64,000 nt of DNA from Felis catus (lineage: Eukaryota). Positions 1 to 12,625 of this stretch are shown piece after piece. The translations under genes and the position numbers were made by a program. Under the pieces are notes generated by a model. The model worked only from the letters and a program-made list of their open reading frames with translations. It searched no databases and was not told the DNA's origin. The stretch spans positions 197,658,001-197,722,000 of the forward strand of contig NC_058368.1 in assembly GCF_018350175.1 (NCBI RefSeq), given 5' to 3'. The stretch's first letter is position 1. Each line of letters opens with the position of its first letter.

Positions 1-69
1 ATGAAGCCTGTGCAGAGAAAATAGCTTGTCCAGGGTCATATAGCTTATGATTTGGATGCTCTGCATTGC

Positions 70-283
70 TTTTTTTTTTTCAACGTTTATTTATTTTTGC
101 GACAGAGAGAGACAGAGCATGAACGGGGGAGGGGCAGAGAGAGAGGGAGACACAGAATCGGAAGCAGGCTCCAGGCTCTGAGCCATCAGCCCAGAGCCCG
201 ACGCGGGGCTCGAACTCACGGACCGCTAGATCGTGACCTGGCTGAAGTCGGACGCTTAACCGACTGCGCCACCCAGGCGCCCC
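70..283 (-). mobile_element. Feline Can-SINE (SINEC_Fc-like), young full-length copy
   Basis: Reverse complement of the GGGGCGCCTGGGTGGCGCAGTCGGTTAAGCGTCCGAC tRNA-derived head, (CT)n region and A tail; TSD TGGATGCTCTGCATTGCTTT at 53-72 and 284-303. Confidence 0.96.
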
Positions 284-704
284 TGGATGCTCTGCATTGC
301 TTTAATTCTTGTGAATGCTAAAATACACAAGTACTTCCCAAGATGTAGACGCCATGTATATATCTCCATGGCTGTCTCTCACTCAATGGTAGTACGATGG
401 TAGCCATTGTACTTCTCCTCAACTATCTTTGCCTCCAATTTCTGATCTCATTTTCTCTTTGAAAAGAACATATACCTGATTTAAGAGAAAAAGTCATTCC
501 CCCGGAGCAGGGACCTCTACAAGTACTTACTACACAATCTATTTCCTCAACTAAGTAAGGCAAAGGGGAGCGGCAAAACGGGAAGCTCCGTGATGGAAGG
601 TGAGTTTCCATTGTGCTTAAAGCTGCATCTTGTCATGGCAACACAGATATGCGCACGTACGCTCACACACTGCAAATCCTTCTTTCCAGAATCTGTGGAT
701 ATGT

Positions 705-1330
705 TCTTTTATCCGATAGGTCACTCACAAATATCTTCTCCCATTTTGTAGGTGGCCATTGAATTTTGTTGGTTGCTTCCTTCACTGCGCGGAAGCTTTT
801 CATTTTGATGAAGTCCCAACAGTTTATTTTTGCTTTTGTTTCCCTTGCGTCAGGAGACTTATCTAGAAAGAAGTTGCTATGGCCAATGTCAAAGAAGTTA
901 TTACCTGTGTTCTCTTCTAGGGTTTTACGGTTTCAGGCCTCACATCTAGGTCTTTAATCCATTTCGAATTTATCTTTGTGTATGGTGTAAGAAAGGGGTC
1001 CACTTTGATTCTTCTGCATGTAGCTGTCCAGTTTTCCCAATACCAGTTGTTGAAGAGACTATCTTTTTCCCATTGGATATTTTTTCTTGCTTTGTCGAAG
1101 ATTAGTTGACCATATAATTCTGGGTTTATTTCTGGATTTTCTATTCTGTAACATTGATCTATGTGTTTATTTTCATGCCCGTACCATACTGTTTTGATTG
1201 CTACAACTTTGTAATATACCTTGAAGTCCAGGATTGTGATGCCTTCATCTTAGCTTTCCTTTTTCAAGATTGCTTTGGCTATTTGGGGTCTTTTGTGGTT
1301 CCAGACAAATTTTAAGACTGCTTGGGAATC
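705..1330 (-). mobile_element. LINE-1 fragment (3' part of ORF2, antisense), degenerate
   Basis: Typical L1 antisense text (TTGTTTCCCTTGC..., CTGTCCAGTTTTCCCAATACCAGTTGTTGAAGAGACT, GATTGCTTTGGCTATTTGGGGTCTTTTGTGGTTCCA); no intact ORF. Confidence 0.9.
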
Positions 1331-3607
1331 TGTTGGTTTTCACAGTGTAGTGGCATCTTAGACTTGGTCCCCAAGTTAGTATAAAGGTGAAAATAACCTA
1401 ACGGCCAACGCTGCAGTGTCAATAAATTTCCTTATAAAAGGCAACATTGAAAGCAGACTGTCATCTCAGAACAAACCCAACTCAGCTGATTTCTTCTCTA
1501 GCTTAGAATGGATTGTTGCTTCTTTAGGTGAATGTCAGATGGTGTTGCTTGTTTGTATTTAGACAGCATGTTATATGAAAAGTGCATCACTTTAGACACT
1601 AGAATCACATGTAGCACAGTGAGACGTTCATTTCAGGAATGGTACATGAAAACTGAGAGCAAATGAGGGCAATGAAATTCACTGTTATCATCTCATGCTA
1701 ACTCTAGGACATACAGTCATTTTATGGAATGGAGGACAGAAGTGTTTTTATGTATTTATTGCTTGTTTCTTTCTATTTTTCAACAAGCACATAAAATTGA
1801 TTTTGTGCAAGTTAATACACATGCATATTACCTCTCAGTGTCTCTGGTAAATAATATTGGCCTCTTATGGGTCTATCACGAATGAGGGTCCTCAAGGAGG
1901 AGATTTTTGGTATAGCAGGGTGTGACGTATTTTTACCTTTGGGGCACTGGAAGAATTCATGAGTTCATTCACAATTCTTAGAATGTTCTACGTGCCAGAT
2001 GCTGTCCCAGGTACTGAGGAGTCAGAGGTGAATGAAGAGCCCATCCCACTCTAACCTGCTCAGAAATTTCAAAGGGTTTACTCATTTTTTTTTTTTTAAT
2101 GCCCAGGAGCATTATGGGTATGGTCCCTAGCTTGTCAGATGAGTAGCTTAAGTTTTCTCATATTGTCATTGTTATCATTTCCATTATCATTAGAAAAAGG
2201 AGGAGGCAGAGGCTAGGAGGTGGAGGAATGTTAGCACCTGACGGGTCCCAGTGCAAAGCAAAGGGCAGTGTGGCAGAGTGGCACGCTGTTTGAGCTTTGG
2301 AGAAGGTGTGGCACAGATATTGTGAGGACCCGAGCGAAAGCGGCTTGGAGACCCTGCAAACTGCAGCTCTCTGCCTTGTCAAGCGTTTCTGTTTTAAACT
2401 TCGTGGAACAAATGCCGACAGGAGAACCAATCTCTCAAGGAACTAGTGTCACTCTTCTATTGGAATCCTGTTCTTCTCATAATTGTACTGTGTAACTTTC
2501 CAAAAGCTTGAGGACATTGATCTTGTCCAATTATCCCGTTTTTTAGGCCGTAGAATGAAGCTTAGAGAAGGGCCATCGAATTTCCAGGTTATTCGCGAAA
2601 TCAGTGTTTCCCTTAAAAAAAAAAAAAAAAATCATCTGCTTCGTTTTTCCCGGAAGATCATAAGTTTGCTTTGTTTTAGAAAGCTAATTGACTAACTCAC
2701 TTCAAAGGGGCCCTTTTGACTTTGTGCTCTTAATCTAGAGTTTATGATATTTCCCGGTGCCAAATGAGAGACTATCTACATCAACTTTGTACCCTTCTTC
2801 TGTTTTCTCTCCTCCAGGTACTTTATGACCCAGCCGCCTTTTGGATCAGAAAGATACTGGAAGCTATAAAACACACAAAGCCAGGCTTTGTTACCACCTG
2901 CGTGTACAGAAGGACACTCGCCCTGAGCGGGTGCGCATCACATGCTCCTCTAGTCTCTGACTCTACTTCCCCAGTCCGTCTCTGGGGAGAGGATGGAGGA
3001 AGGCAGAGGCAAACCTGCCTGCCTGGGGGGACCTGCCCCTCCGTGGAGGCGAGTTACGGTGTCCCTGCGGGCACATATATTTAGAGTGTGCTCTCTGCTT
3101 CAGCAAGTTTGTCTCAGGCCACATCTGTTGCTCTAAGCCCTGAGAGTGCAGCCCTCAGCACTACTGTGAGGACAGCTCAGTTTGCCTCTGGAGCCAGGCT
3201 GCCCCATCCATTTCCCATGGCTCCGAGCCCACTTGTGGTCACGTCCCTTGCTTTCGTCTCCCTCAACACGGCAGATGCCAGCTGGTGTTCCCAAAGAGCT
3301 ATGGTATCAGTGCCCAGCACTCTTTTCAATTAAAAAATATCTTTGAAACATTTGAAAGGAAGTACGTTGCTTTTTTCTGAGACGAGCAAGGAAAATTGGA
3401 CAGATACTGAGGGGTGTAAATCAAAAAAGCAAGTAAGAACTACGATTCTGCTACTCAGAAAAGACCACTGTTATTTTGGGAAATTCTTCATAGATTTTTC
3501 ATCCTGTACCATGGGCGTTCCTACAATTGGAAAGCTGTTAAACGTGCTGCTAGGCATTCCAGGTTTTTGTTGTTGTTGTTACTGTTGTTGTTTGTGTTAT
3601 TGTTGCT

Positions 3608-3806
3608 GTTTAGAGACAGAGAGAGAGAGCTCCAGAGCTCCTGAGTGAGCAGGAAGAAGGGCAGAGGGAAGGAGAGAGAGATAACCCAAACAGGCTCATG
3701 CTCAGTGCAGAGCCCATGGCCGGGCTCGATCTCGTGACCCTGGGATCACGACCTGAGCCAAAATCGAGAGTCGGATCCTCAACAGACTGAGCCACCCAGG
3801 CACCCC
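3608..3806 (-). mobile_element. Older Can-SINE
   Basis: Ends ...GACTGAGCCACCCAGGCACCCC; the tail side is a degenerate (TGT)n tract at 3568-3609. Confidence 0.9.
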
Positions 3807-3877
3807 ATTTTTTCTCTTAACAATATTTTGTGAATATTTTCTCATATCATTTAATAGTCTATGAGACCATGTTTGGA

Positions 3878-3879
3878 TG

Positions 3880-3912
<33 letters not shown>
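3878..3912. repeat. (TG)n microsatellite
   Basis: Read directly. Confidence 0.95.
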
Positions 3913-4729
3913 ATACACATATACACAATGCTTTCTAGTGATTTCTTCCATAATTTAAAACTTCTCTTAGAGACAGAACCATCGGGATTCTTGTATAACA
4001 TCAATCCTCTATAGTTTGATGTTTTACTCCTTATTCTGGGCTTCTCCATGCTTAATCGCATTGTCTTCATGATGCACTTTTTACATCAAAGTTTTAAAAA
4101 ATGAAAGAATGAAGTGCTTACAGGAAACGTGATAGTCACCCATCTATCTTTTCACCACCCAAGAACCGGTTGTCTCCAGAGAAGAGAATTTTTTGTTAAC
4201 GTTCCTCTTTCAGGACTGTTTAATTTTGCACATCGCAGCAAAACCAGCTGTATTGGTTAGGGATCGGTTTACTAAATATAATGGAAAAGACAAATTAATG
4301 GTAGCTCAACACACTTTTATCACTTATTTTCTCAGGTACGAGAAGCCTAAGGATACACAGTCAATCTTTGCTATGTGAGCTCTACGTTCATTAGGGACTC
4401 AGGCTTTGCTAGATTTCTCCTTCCTCTTGGCTTCTATTTTCAAGGTTTCAAAACGCCTGTTGCTGCAGCCCCTCTGACCACACAGCATGAAGGAGTCGGA
4501 GCAAAAGAAATGGGTCATGCCCTAGGCATCTCAAGAAACTTGAAGGAGTTTTCCTGAAAGCTCCCTATAGCACATCGGTTTAAATTTCATTGGCCAGAGC
4601 TCTATGTGCTGGGAGGCTGGAATGTAGTTATTTATTTGGAATCGGTGCACCACTGAATAAAATTAGGGTTTTACTATTCATAGAAGTAGATGAATTGGGC
4701 AGGCGAACAAAATATATATTGCTTTACAT

Positions 4730-5055
4730 AAGTAAATAGCTCAAGGGTTATCTATGGCTTCAGGTACAGTTTGATCCAGCTGGACTTGCGTCCTATTTCT
4801 CAGAGATTCTCACTCATCCTTCTTATGCGCTGTTTTGCCACCAGACTGGGTCTTCCTGTGATGGCAGAGATGGCTGTAGTATTTCATGCTAGTGTATCCT
4901 TATATCTCACTGCCCAGAGAGGGAGAGAGATGTACTTTCTGAGACCTGACACAGGAGAGCAAAAATACTTTCTTCCCAAACTCCTAGCAAAGTCTCTCTG
5001 TGTACCCTTGGCCCGGATTGGACCACCTGCTCATGCCTGGATCAATCATTATGAA
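4730..5055. mobile_element. Ancient MaLR (MLT1J/K-like) LTR remnant
   Basis: TTGGCCCGGATTGGACCACCTGCTCATGCCTGGATCAATCA resembles the MLT1 motif TTGGCCAGAATTGGGTCACATGCCCATCCCTGAACCAATCA (from memory). Confidence 0.5.
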
Positions 5056-5963
5056 AACAACACTTAAATCATCATGACATTATAAATATTGTCCCGGAAG
5101 GTCCGAATGATATTCGTGGTTACACTTCCTTTCCAGGTGGTCAAGGAAACAAGTCCGTGTCACTCAAGTTCAAATCTTTCTGTGTTTAAACACCATCAAA
5201 CACCGTTACCATTTCTGTAAGTTTACTAAGATCTTACTTGACCTAATTTAGCTCTTTTTCTTTCTTTGTGTACAGAGGTTTCTCCCGCGGTCAGCCAAGC
5301 CAAGTTAGACCAAGTCCTCCCAAGATCAACCATTCTACATCCAAGCGGTAGGTCTGGAGCTCAGAAGAGAATTCTGGGCTGACGTGCAAAACTCGGGACT
5401 TGTCAGCTTACAAATGATGATTAAAGCAAGTATTGTGGCTGAAACAGTCTGGGGGCCCGTAGAAAGTGAAAGAAGAGGAAGGGCTTTGACATTTAAGTGT
5501 TAGCCGGAGAAGGAGCTGGCAAAAGAGACTGAACTTTCAAAGCTCGGCATCAGGGAATCAGCGAGTTGGGAGAGTAGCAGAGGTGATGTTGAACCTCGCA
5601 CCTGGGACGGGGGTTCTTGCTTCAGCATTCCTGGCGGTTGGCCCCCAGCCTGTGCTTTGGTACCTCCAGTGCTAGACGGCTCCGAATGTTGAGACAGTCT
5701 TATGCCATGCTGAATTGTTTCTAATATCCTGGCCCCTGTTCTGCTTTCTCATGCATCAGAAATCTGGCCTGTTTTATTGTTTTCCTCTGCATGGTAGCTC
5801 TTGAAATAGCCTGAGATAGTGAAGTGCCCAGTACATGTAATGTCATCAACCACGAATGCTGTTTAGACATTATTGTTGTTATCGTTACGATTTTTATTTC
5901 ATGGTTGCTCACAGCAAAGCCTTTAAAGTCAGATAGCCCGAGTTCTAATCTCGGCTCTGGCCC

Positions 5964-6187
5964 TTTTTTTAAAAAAAAAAAAAAAAATTTTTTTAACGTT
6001 TATTTATTTTTGAGACAGAGAATGAACGGGGGAGGGTCAGAGAGAGAGGGAGCCACAGAATCTGAAACAGGCTCCAGGCTCTGAGCTGTCCGCACAGAGC
6101 CCGACGCGGGGCTCGAACCCACGAACTGTGAGATCGTGACCTGAGCTGAAGTCGGACGCTTAGCCGACTGAGCCACCCAGGCGCCCC
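5964..6187 (-). mobile_element. Feline Can-SINE
   Basis: Full head, body and tail; flanking repeat CTCTGGCCCTTTT at about 5955 and 6190. Confidence 0.95.
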
Positions 6188-9100
6188 AACTCTGGCCCTT
6201 TTCCAGCCATGTCATGTCATATCAGTACTAAGTTCCTGAGCCTTTGTCAGCCCAGTGACTAGCAAATAGTATGCACTCAATACATATTTGTTATGCAATA
6301 GTAAAACTGTGACAACAATAACAAAAGCCATGAGCTCCGTTTGCCGTGTATGCTTGCTTTATGAACTTTCGCGATATATTGGAATAATCTCTGTCTAGCC
6401 CTATCTCCTCTAGTTGGCTCAGAGTGCTTTAAAAAAGGGATCTATCTTCTTATTTTTCATATCCCCCATGGTGGGGCACAGGGCCTGCCACAAAGAAAAC
6501 TACTAAAATTCTGGTGGGACAGATATTTGCCAACCCGTTAGCTACCCAGATTGCCTTCTTTAACGGTGAAATGATTGTTCAAACCGTCCGCTAATCGTCC
6601 TATTGTAAGTGCCTCTTATTATCTGCGGGATATTTCTAGGAGGATATTTCTAGGAGGGTATCCCCCTCCTAGGGGATACCACACATGCAACCCCCAACCC
6701 AAACAGGGCAGCCATACTTAGCTTGTCCCTATCTGCTCTGATCATTTGCATTGCCCATGATGCTGCTTGGTGATGGGTCCTTGCTGCCACTAACCCTCAT
6801 GAAACCATTAGTGCCTGTGCTGGGGGTGGGGCTCTGAATGACCTGCCTCTCCGGGTACAAGGACATGGCCTCCTCCCTGGGTCTGAGCCGAGCTTTCTTA
6901 GTTGGGTCCTGAACACAGAGCCTCGACTTATGCTCAGCCTCTCCCGAATCCTTTCTGAATGCCCCTACTAGCTTCTGCTTCTGACTCCTTTTGTCTACAG
7001 CTACCAATCCCAGGAATCTGGTGGGGTGAGAGGCCATTCCAAATCTGCCCATTTTACTTCTTGCTGCAAGCTTCTGCCCTCTTTAGAGCTTCATCTTCTT
7101 ATAGTTACCGGACAGAAGGTTCCAGGTTTATGCATGGGACAAACTGGTATAGGGCGGGGGAGGATGGGCATTGGGGAGGAGGAAGAGACTTGTCCAAGTT
7201 AGTCAAAACTAGTAAAACATGTCCCATTAAATAGAATATTTAAAACCTACCCCTCCCCCCAAAACCTTTGCCTATGTTAAAACTTAGTTTTGCCATATCC
7301 TGAATATGGTGGTGGTCGTATAATTCTATACCATTGCCCAAACATACAGAACTCCACACCAAAAAAACAAAAAAAACAAAACCCCAGCAAATCTTACTAC
7401 ATATACATTCCAAAATAAATTGTAAAATTTCAGCCGTGCCAGAGTTTTGCCTGGCAGGTCACGTTCGTGATGTCTGTCTCATTGATTTGGCTCTTCTTGG
7501 AAGGCTGTATTTTCTAGTTTTTCCTTCCTGATAGACTATTCATTTACTTGATTCTTATTGATAATGAGACATGAATTAGTTAATGGCTTTTTCAAATGTA
7601 AACAGGTTAACCCCAACAATATCAGGAAGACTAGAGGACAAAGAACAGCTAAACACAAAAAGGGGCCACAGCCTCTTATCAGGACGCGATAACTCTGCTT
7701 GGGTCACCCCTTATCACCCTCTATTCTCTGCTGCTCCAGTTGGCTTTTCAGTGTTCAAACAGCTGGTTCATAAAGACTTTGCCACATAGCAAGTTATTAA
7801 GTACACCGTATCTTGAATTTACGTGGTCTCATATTCTCTTGCCTAATCCTGTTAATTCCCTTTAGAAAAGAGTGACTTCCGGGCACCTCCTTCCCAGTCA
7901 GAGGCAGCCTGACGCTTTTCTCCTCCTTCTGTGACTCCTCATCCAGCTTTTGGCTGCAGACATATGATGTCACTGCCTCTGAACCACCTGTTCTGATCCA
8001 GGATGCCTCCTGCACCCGGGTTTGTTTCTCCCGAAGCCACATCCTCCCCATAGAAGTGAGCGATCATCCTTTCCCCCTCCGGGATGTGGGTTCCTTTGGC
8101 CCCCAAGGGCCCTTCGTTCCTAGGCAACTCCCACCCCTTGGAAAGCACGGGAGCTCTGAATGCAAATCCAGCGGCCGGGTTCACAGTTCCATTCTTTCAT
8201 CTCTTACGGAGCGAGGGTCCACTCTAAGCCAGGTTCTTTCTGAAGTGCAGAGTCTCTTGTCTCTAGCAGATAATGCTTTACTGGGGAGGCAGAAAGTAAG
8301 TAGGTAAAAAAAAAAAAAAAATAGCACCAATGCATCAGTTACAGAGGGAGATAGGGCTGTAAGTGACATAAACAGGGCTAAGACAGAAAATGGTGGGAAT
8401 GGGGATAAGTGGTCAAAAGGAAACCACTCTGTAAGAGAGATATTTAGGCTGAACCAGAGGAGAAGCATTTCAGCTCTACGAAACAGTGAGCACAAGTCCT
8501 GGGCCAGAAGGAGCTGTGTGTGATGGGAATTCTGAAGCCCAGAGTGATTAGAGCACATCAGGAAAGGAGGGTGCGGTGAGCTGGGGCTGCGGAGTTCAGG
8601 AAAGGGGAGTCTGAGCTACTAGACGGCTGGTCAGGTCTAGGATTGGGGAGTGGGAGATGACCATGCCCTCCAGGGCGTGGTCCGAAATAAGAAGAAACAT
8701 GGCCTCACCGGGGGACTTGACCCTTAACAAACAACAAATTGCAGAAGTTTATCTGTTGGCAACTTCATTTGGAGGAGGTTTTGTTAGAAGTTGCTTCCCA
8801 ACACAGAGTGGGTGTCTATCAGGTAAACCGAGGACTCCACGTGCCCGTGGATGCCACAGTGTCTTGTTCTAGGGTCTAATTTATTCTGCGGAGTTTGTGA
8901 AAATGAAGCCAGCCACCCTGGCTTCATTATAGGAAAGGTATTCACAGTTTGGTTTCCGTTCCTTTGCAGCTGTGTTGAAACCCTTTGTTCAACTGTTTAA
9001 ATTTTTAGCAGCAATTAAGTGGATGGAAGGTATGCCGGCTTCAAGTTTGCGAGAGCAAGGGCAGCACTGATTTATTTCAGCAATTTGGGTTTGGAATCTC

Positions 9101-10293
9101 ATTTCCATCTTCTCCGAACAAAGGAGATTTCTCTGTCTTTTCCCTCTCTGTCTCTCTCTCTGTCACACACACAGCTTCATTCTGTGTAGAAGACACTCAA
9201 AGTAAAACAGACCTGAGACAAGCTTTGGGACTTTTAAGATAACCCCCAGAGTGTGGTGCTGACAAGGTATTCGCTCCATGGCAGGCTGTTTTGTGGTAAG
9301 CACGTAATAGAACGTTTGTACCAGACAAGCAAAGTGTGGACAACCAGAAGAGAAAAATAGTACATATTTGTTTCCGTACATTCGAAGAAATTAACAAAAG
9401 AAAAACATAGCATGTTTCAAGTTCATAAATATAATAATGGAATCAAAGACTTCTTCATCTCCTCTGAGTTGCATTTTTTTGTTTGCGGCCGGGCAGCTCC
9501 TCCCAGCTATTCACACGGGACGGTTCCTGGCAGAGGAGTCGGGCCTGGAAGCTGGAACTGCCCGACGTCTGGCACATTACAGGGGCTTGTGGCGGCCATT
9601 TGTTATTTTCATGCCACCGGTCTCCACTTTACCTTCCTAATGGCACCCCAAATTTAACGGGGAAGTAAAATCTCTCCCATCGCGTGCAGTCTTGGTGCAG
9701 GGACCCAGTGCTCTCCCTCTTTTTAATCTCTGATTCAGAATAGGCGAATGAGGAGACGCAAAGTTAGGCTTGGCCAGTCTGGTGTATATTCCAGTGACTC
9801 TGAACTTGGGTGAGTGGCCCAAGGATGAAGAACTGGTGGAGGCCAGTGATTGTGTCGGGAGGAATGGCGCCCGATCCTGACGGAGTTTCTCAGTGAACCA
9901 GATGCTTTATTTTCTGCTGTGTGGTCTTCTGGAGCCCTCTGGGTAACTGCTTCTCCAAGCCTGTCTCCTAGCATTGCAGAGATTCTGTGAGTCTTTGAAT
10001 GGTAGTCCAATAATTTCCCTTTTGCTTAAGTTAGTGAGAGTCTTTTTCTGTTGACTGCTACCGAAGGCAATTGAGGTGGTACAATAAATGTTCCTAGAAT
10101 GAATGAATGAATGAATGAATGGAACGAAGACAGGCCCAGATTACATTTCAAGCCTTTTGTGACTTTTCTTTTGTTGTAATCAGAGAATTGAGTCTCATCT
10201 CTGGATAGGTTTTCTTGGAACTTGGAAAAATACTGAAGTTTTAGGTAACTTTCTTTTGGGAGGTAAAGCTAGTGTTAAAAATAATTGAGCCTA

Positions 10294-10493
10294 GGGGCAC
10301 CTGGGTGGCTCAGGTCATGATCTCATGGGTCGTGAGTTCAAGCCCCACGTCAGGCTCTGTGCTGACAGCTCAGAGCCTGGAGCCTGCTTCAGATTCTGTG
10401 TCTGCCTCTCTCTCTGCCCCACCCCCCTCACACACTGTCTCTCTCTGTCTTTCTCTCTCAAAAATAAATAAACATTAAAAAAAATTTAAAAAT
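10294..10493 (+). mobile_element. Can-SINE with an internal deletion in the tRNA head
   Basis: GGGGCACCTGGGTGGCTCAG joined directly to GTCATGATCTC; TSD AAATAATTGAGCCTA at 10279-10293 and 10494-10508. Confidence 0.93.
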
Positions 10494-10827
10494 AAATAAT
10501 TGAGCCTAACTTTTAAATATATGCTTATTGTATGGTAGTTAGAAAATACAGATAAGCATAATGTAGAATATAAAAATATTCATAAAAATCTTTCTGTATA
10601 ATAAATATCAGTTGACAAAATCATGTTTGATACTTGGATGGTATCTCATAGTAGAGATAATACATTTAGCTAATCCCCTATTGCTAGACATTTGGGCTAT
10701 TTTCAATTTTTTTACTCTTCTGAAAGATCTTGCAGTGAACATCCTCTTAGGTAAATCTTTGTGTACAGAGGCTTATTACCCTTAGGACACATTTTAAGAA
10801 GCAGAATTGTTGTGCCAAAGAGTTTAA

Positions 10828-11044
10828 GGACACCCAGGTGGCTCAGTCAGTTAAGCGTTCAACTCTTGATCTTGGCTCAGGTCATGATCTTGTGGTTCAT
10901 GAGTTCGAGCCTTGCATCGGGCTATGCGCTGCCCGTGAGGAGCCTCCTGGGATTCTCTCTCTCTCTCTCTGTCCCTCCCCTACTTGTGCGTGCTCTCTCA
11001 CTCTCAGAATAAATACATAACCTTTAAAAAATTTAAAAAAAAAA
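10828..11044 (+). mobile_element. Older Can-SINE next to an old L1M 3' relic (about 10600-10820)
   Basis: GTGGCTCAGTCAGTTAAGCG...GGCTCAGGTCATGATC, (CT)n, AATAAA; short TSD AAAGAGTT. Confidence 0.9.
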
Positions 11045-11932
11045 GAGTTCCTGGGTTTACAATGATTTTACCTGAAATAGTAGCCCTCTTTAAATGGAGC
11101 CGATAAAAAAAAAAAAAAAAAAGAGTAGCCCTTTTATTATGAGAACTTCTTCAGCAAGAGCAAAAGCAAAACAGAAACAAGTAAACATAAAACGAAGGAA
11201 AGAAAAGTCTATGTTACAGGCTGTGCATCAATGCACCATATTTAAGACTGCTAACAGGTGTTTCTATCGATCACCCCGACTAAGTAGAGAATAGCCCTCT
11301 CCGCTCAACATAACCAGACACTGCACTTGCTTTCTTTATCCATTCATTCAGAAGCAGTTATTGAGTCCCTGCTGTGTGTCTGGCGTGGGGCTAGGGGCTG
11401 GGACAAAGAAAGGGAGGTAGGACCTGGTTGCCACACTGGAGGCACACACCACCCAAGGTGCCGTGGAGAGCCACAGAAAACTTGCAAACAGCACAGTGTG
11501 GTGGTAACTGCTACAGCTGAAAGATGAAAACGGTTTGCACAGTGCTGAACAGACAGCCAGGAGCAGTTTTAACCTGCGTGCTTGCAGTCCCCTTCTCCGC
11601 GTGTTCCCGTCTCTCTCATCATGAAGCACCATGTGAGGTGGGATACTCCTGGTACAATACGAAGTTCTGGAGAACCCAAGAAGGGAGAGATCAGGAACAG
11701 CGCCACGGAACCCACGCGCCCTGAAAAGTTTTAGGGCTGGCAATGTCGGGAGGAGGACGCTGCGGAGAGCACGTCGTGAGCACCCGTACTGATGAGAGAA
11801 GAAAAGAAGGTGTGCGGGGAACAGACCCCTTGGCGCACAGGGTTTTGGGTGGACAAGGTGGCCGAAAGGAGGATTGCTGTAAATAACAAGACAAGGCATT
11901 GGCGCCTACCTTCATAAATAAAAGAGATGCAC

Positions 11933-12625
11933 TGTAATTCGTTAGCCATTGCTAATGCAACAGACAACTCAGTGGCTGAAAACAACAGGAATTTATTATC
12001 ATTGCACAGCCCTCTAGCTCTGAAGTCTGACACGAATCTCGTTGCGCTAAAATCATCGTGGCTGCAGGACCGCCTTCCTTTCTGGACACTTAAAGGGGAT
12101 GAATCTGTTCCCTTGCCTTTCCCAGCGTCTAGAGGCCATCCGCGTTCCTGGTCTTGGGATGATGCTTCCTTCAAGGCTGGTAAGGGCTGGGCAAGTCCTT
12201 CTCACACCGCATCACTGGGATGTGTGCCTCTCTTGTGCTTCTCGCTTCTACTTTTATGGACACTTTTAAGAGCCCCCCTGGGGGCGCCTGGGTGGCTCAG
12301 TTCGTTGAGCGTCCGACTTCAGCTCAGGTCATGATCTCGCGGTCCGTGAGTTTGAGCCCCGCGTCGGGCTCTGGGCTGATGGCTCAGAGCCTGGAGCCTG
12401 CTTCCAATTCTGCGTCTCCCTCTCTCTCTGCCCCTCCCCCGTTCATGCTCTGTCTCTCTCTGTCTCAAAAATAAATAAACGTTTTTAAAAAAAGGGGCCC
12501 ACCTGTACAGTCAGGGATAAACTCCCATCTCAAGGCCTTTACCTTAACCAAAACTGCAAAGCCCCTTCTGCTATATGGGGTAAATATGACCTGTCCTGGG
12601 GATTAGGATGTGGTTATCTTTGGGA
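11933..12625 (-). mobile_element. MaLR solo LTR (MLT1C/D-like) interrupted by a SINE
   Basis: AACAACAGGAATTTATT...GAATCTGTTCCCTTGCCTTTCCCAGCGTCTAGAGGCC...GGGGATTAGGATGTGG are MLT1 hallmarks. Confidence 0.75.
12281..12492 (+). mobile_element. Feline Can-SINE nested in the MLT1 LTR
   Basis: GGGGCGCCTGGGTGGCTCAG head through AAATAAATAAACG tail. Confidence 0.95.

Noticed and set aside
766..957. ORF within the L1 fragment
   Set aside because: Antisense reading of a degenerate L1; no intact ORF2
11348..12334. 135-183 aa ORFs
   Set aside because: They overlap MLT1 and other repeat relics, use non-ATG or weak starts, and show no recognisable homology
12281..12365. tRNA-like sequence
   Set aside because: It is the tRNA-derived head of a SINE, followed by the SINE body and tail; the same applies to all other copies
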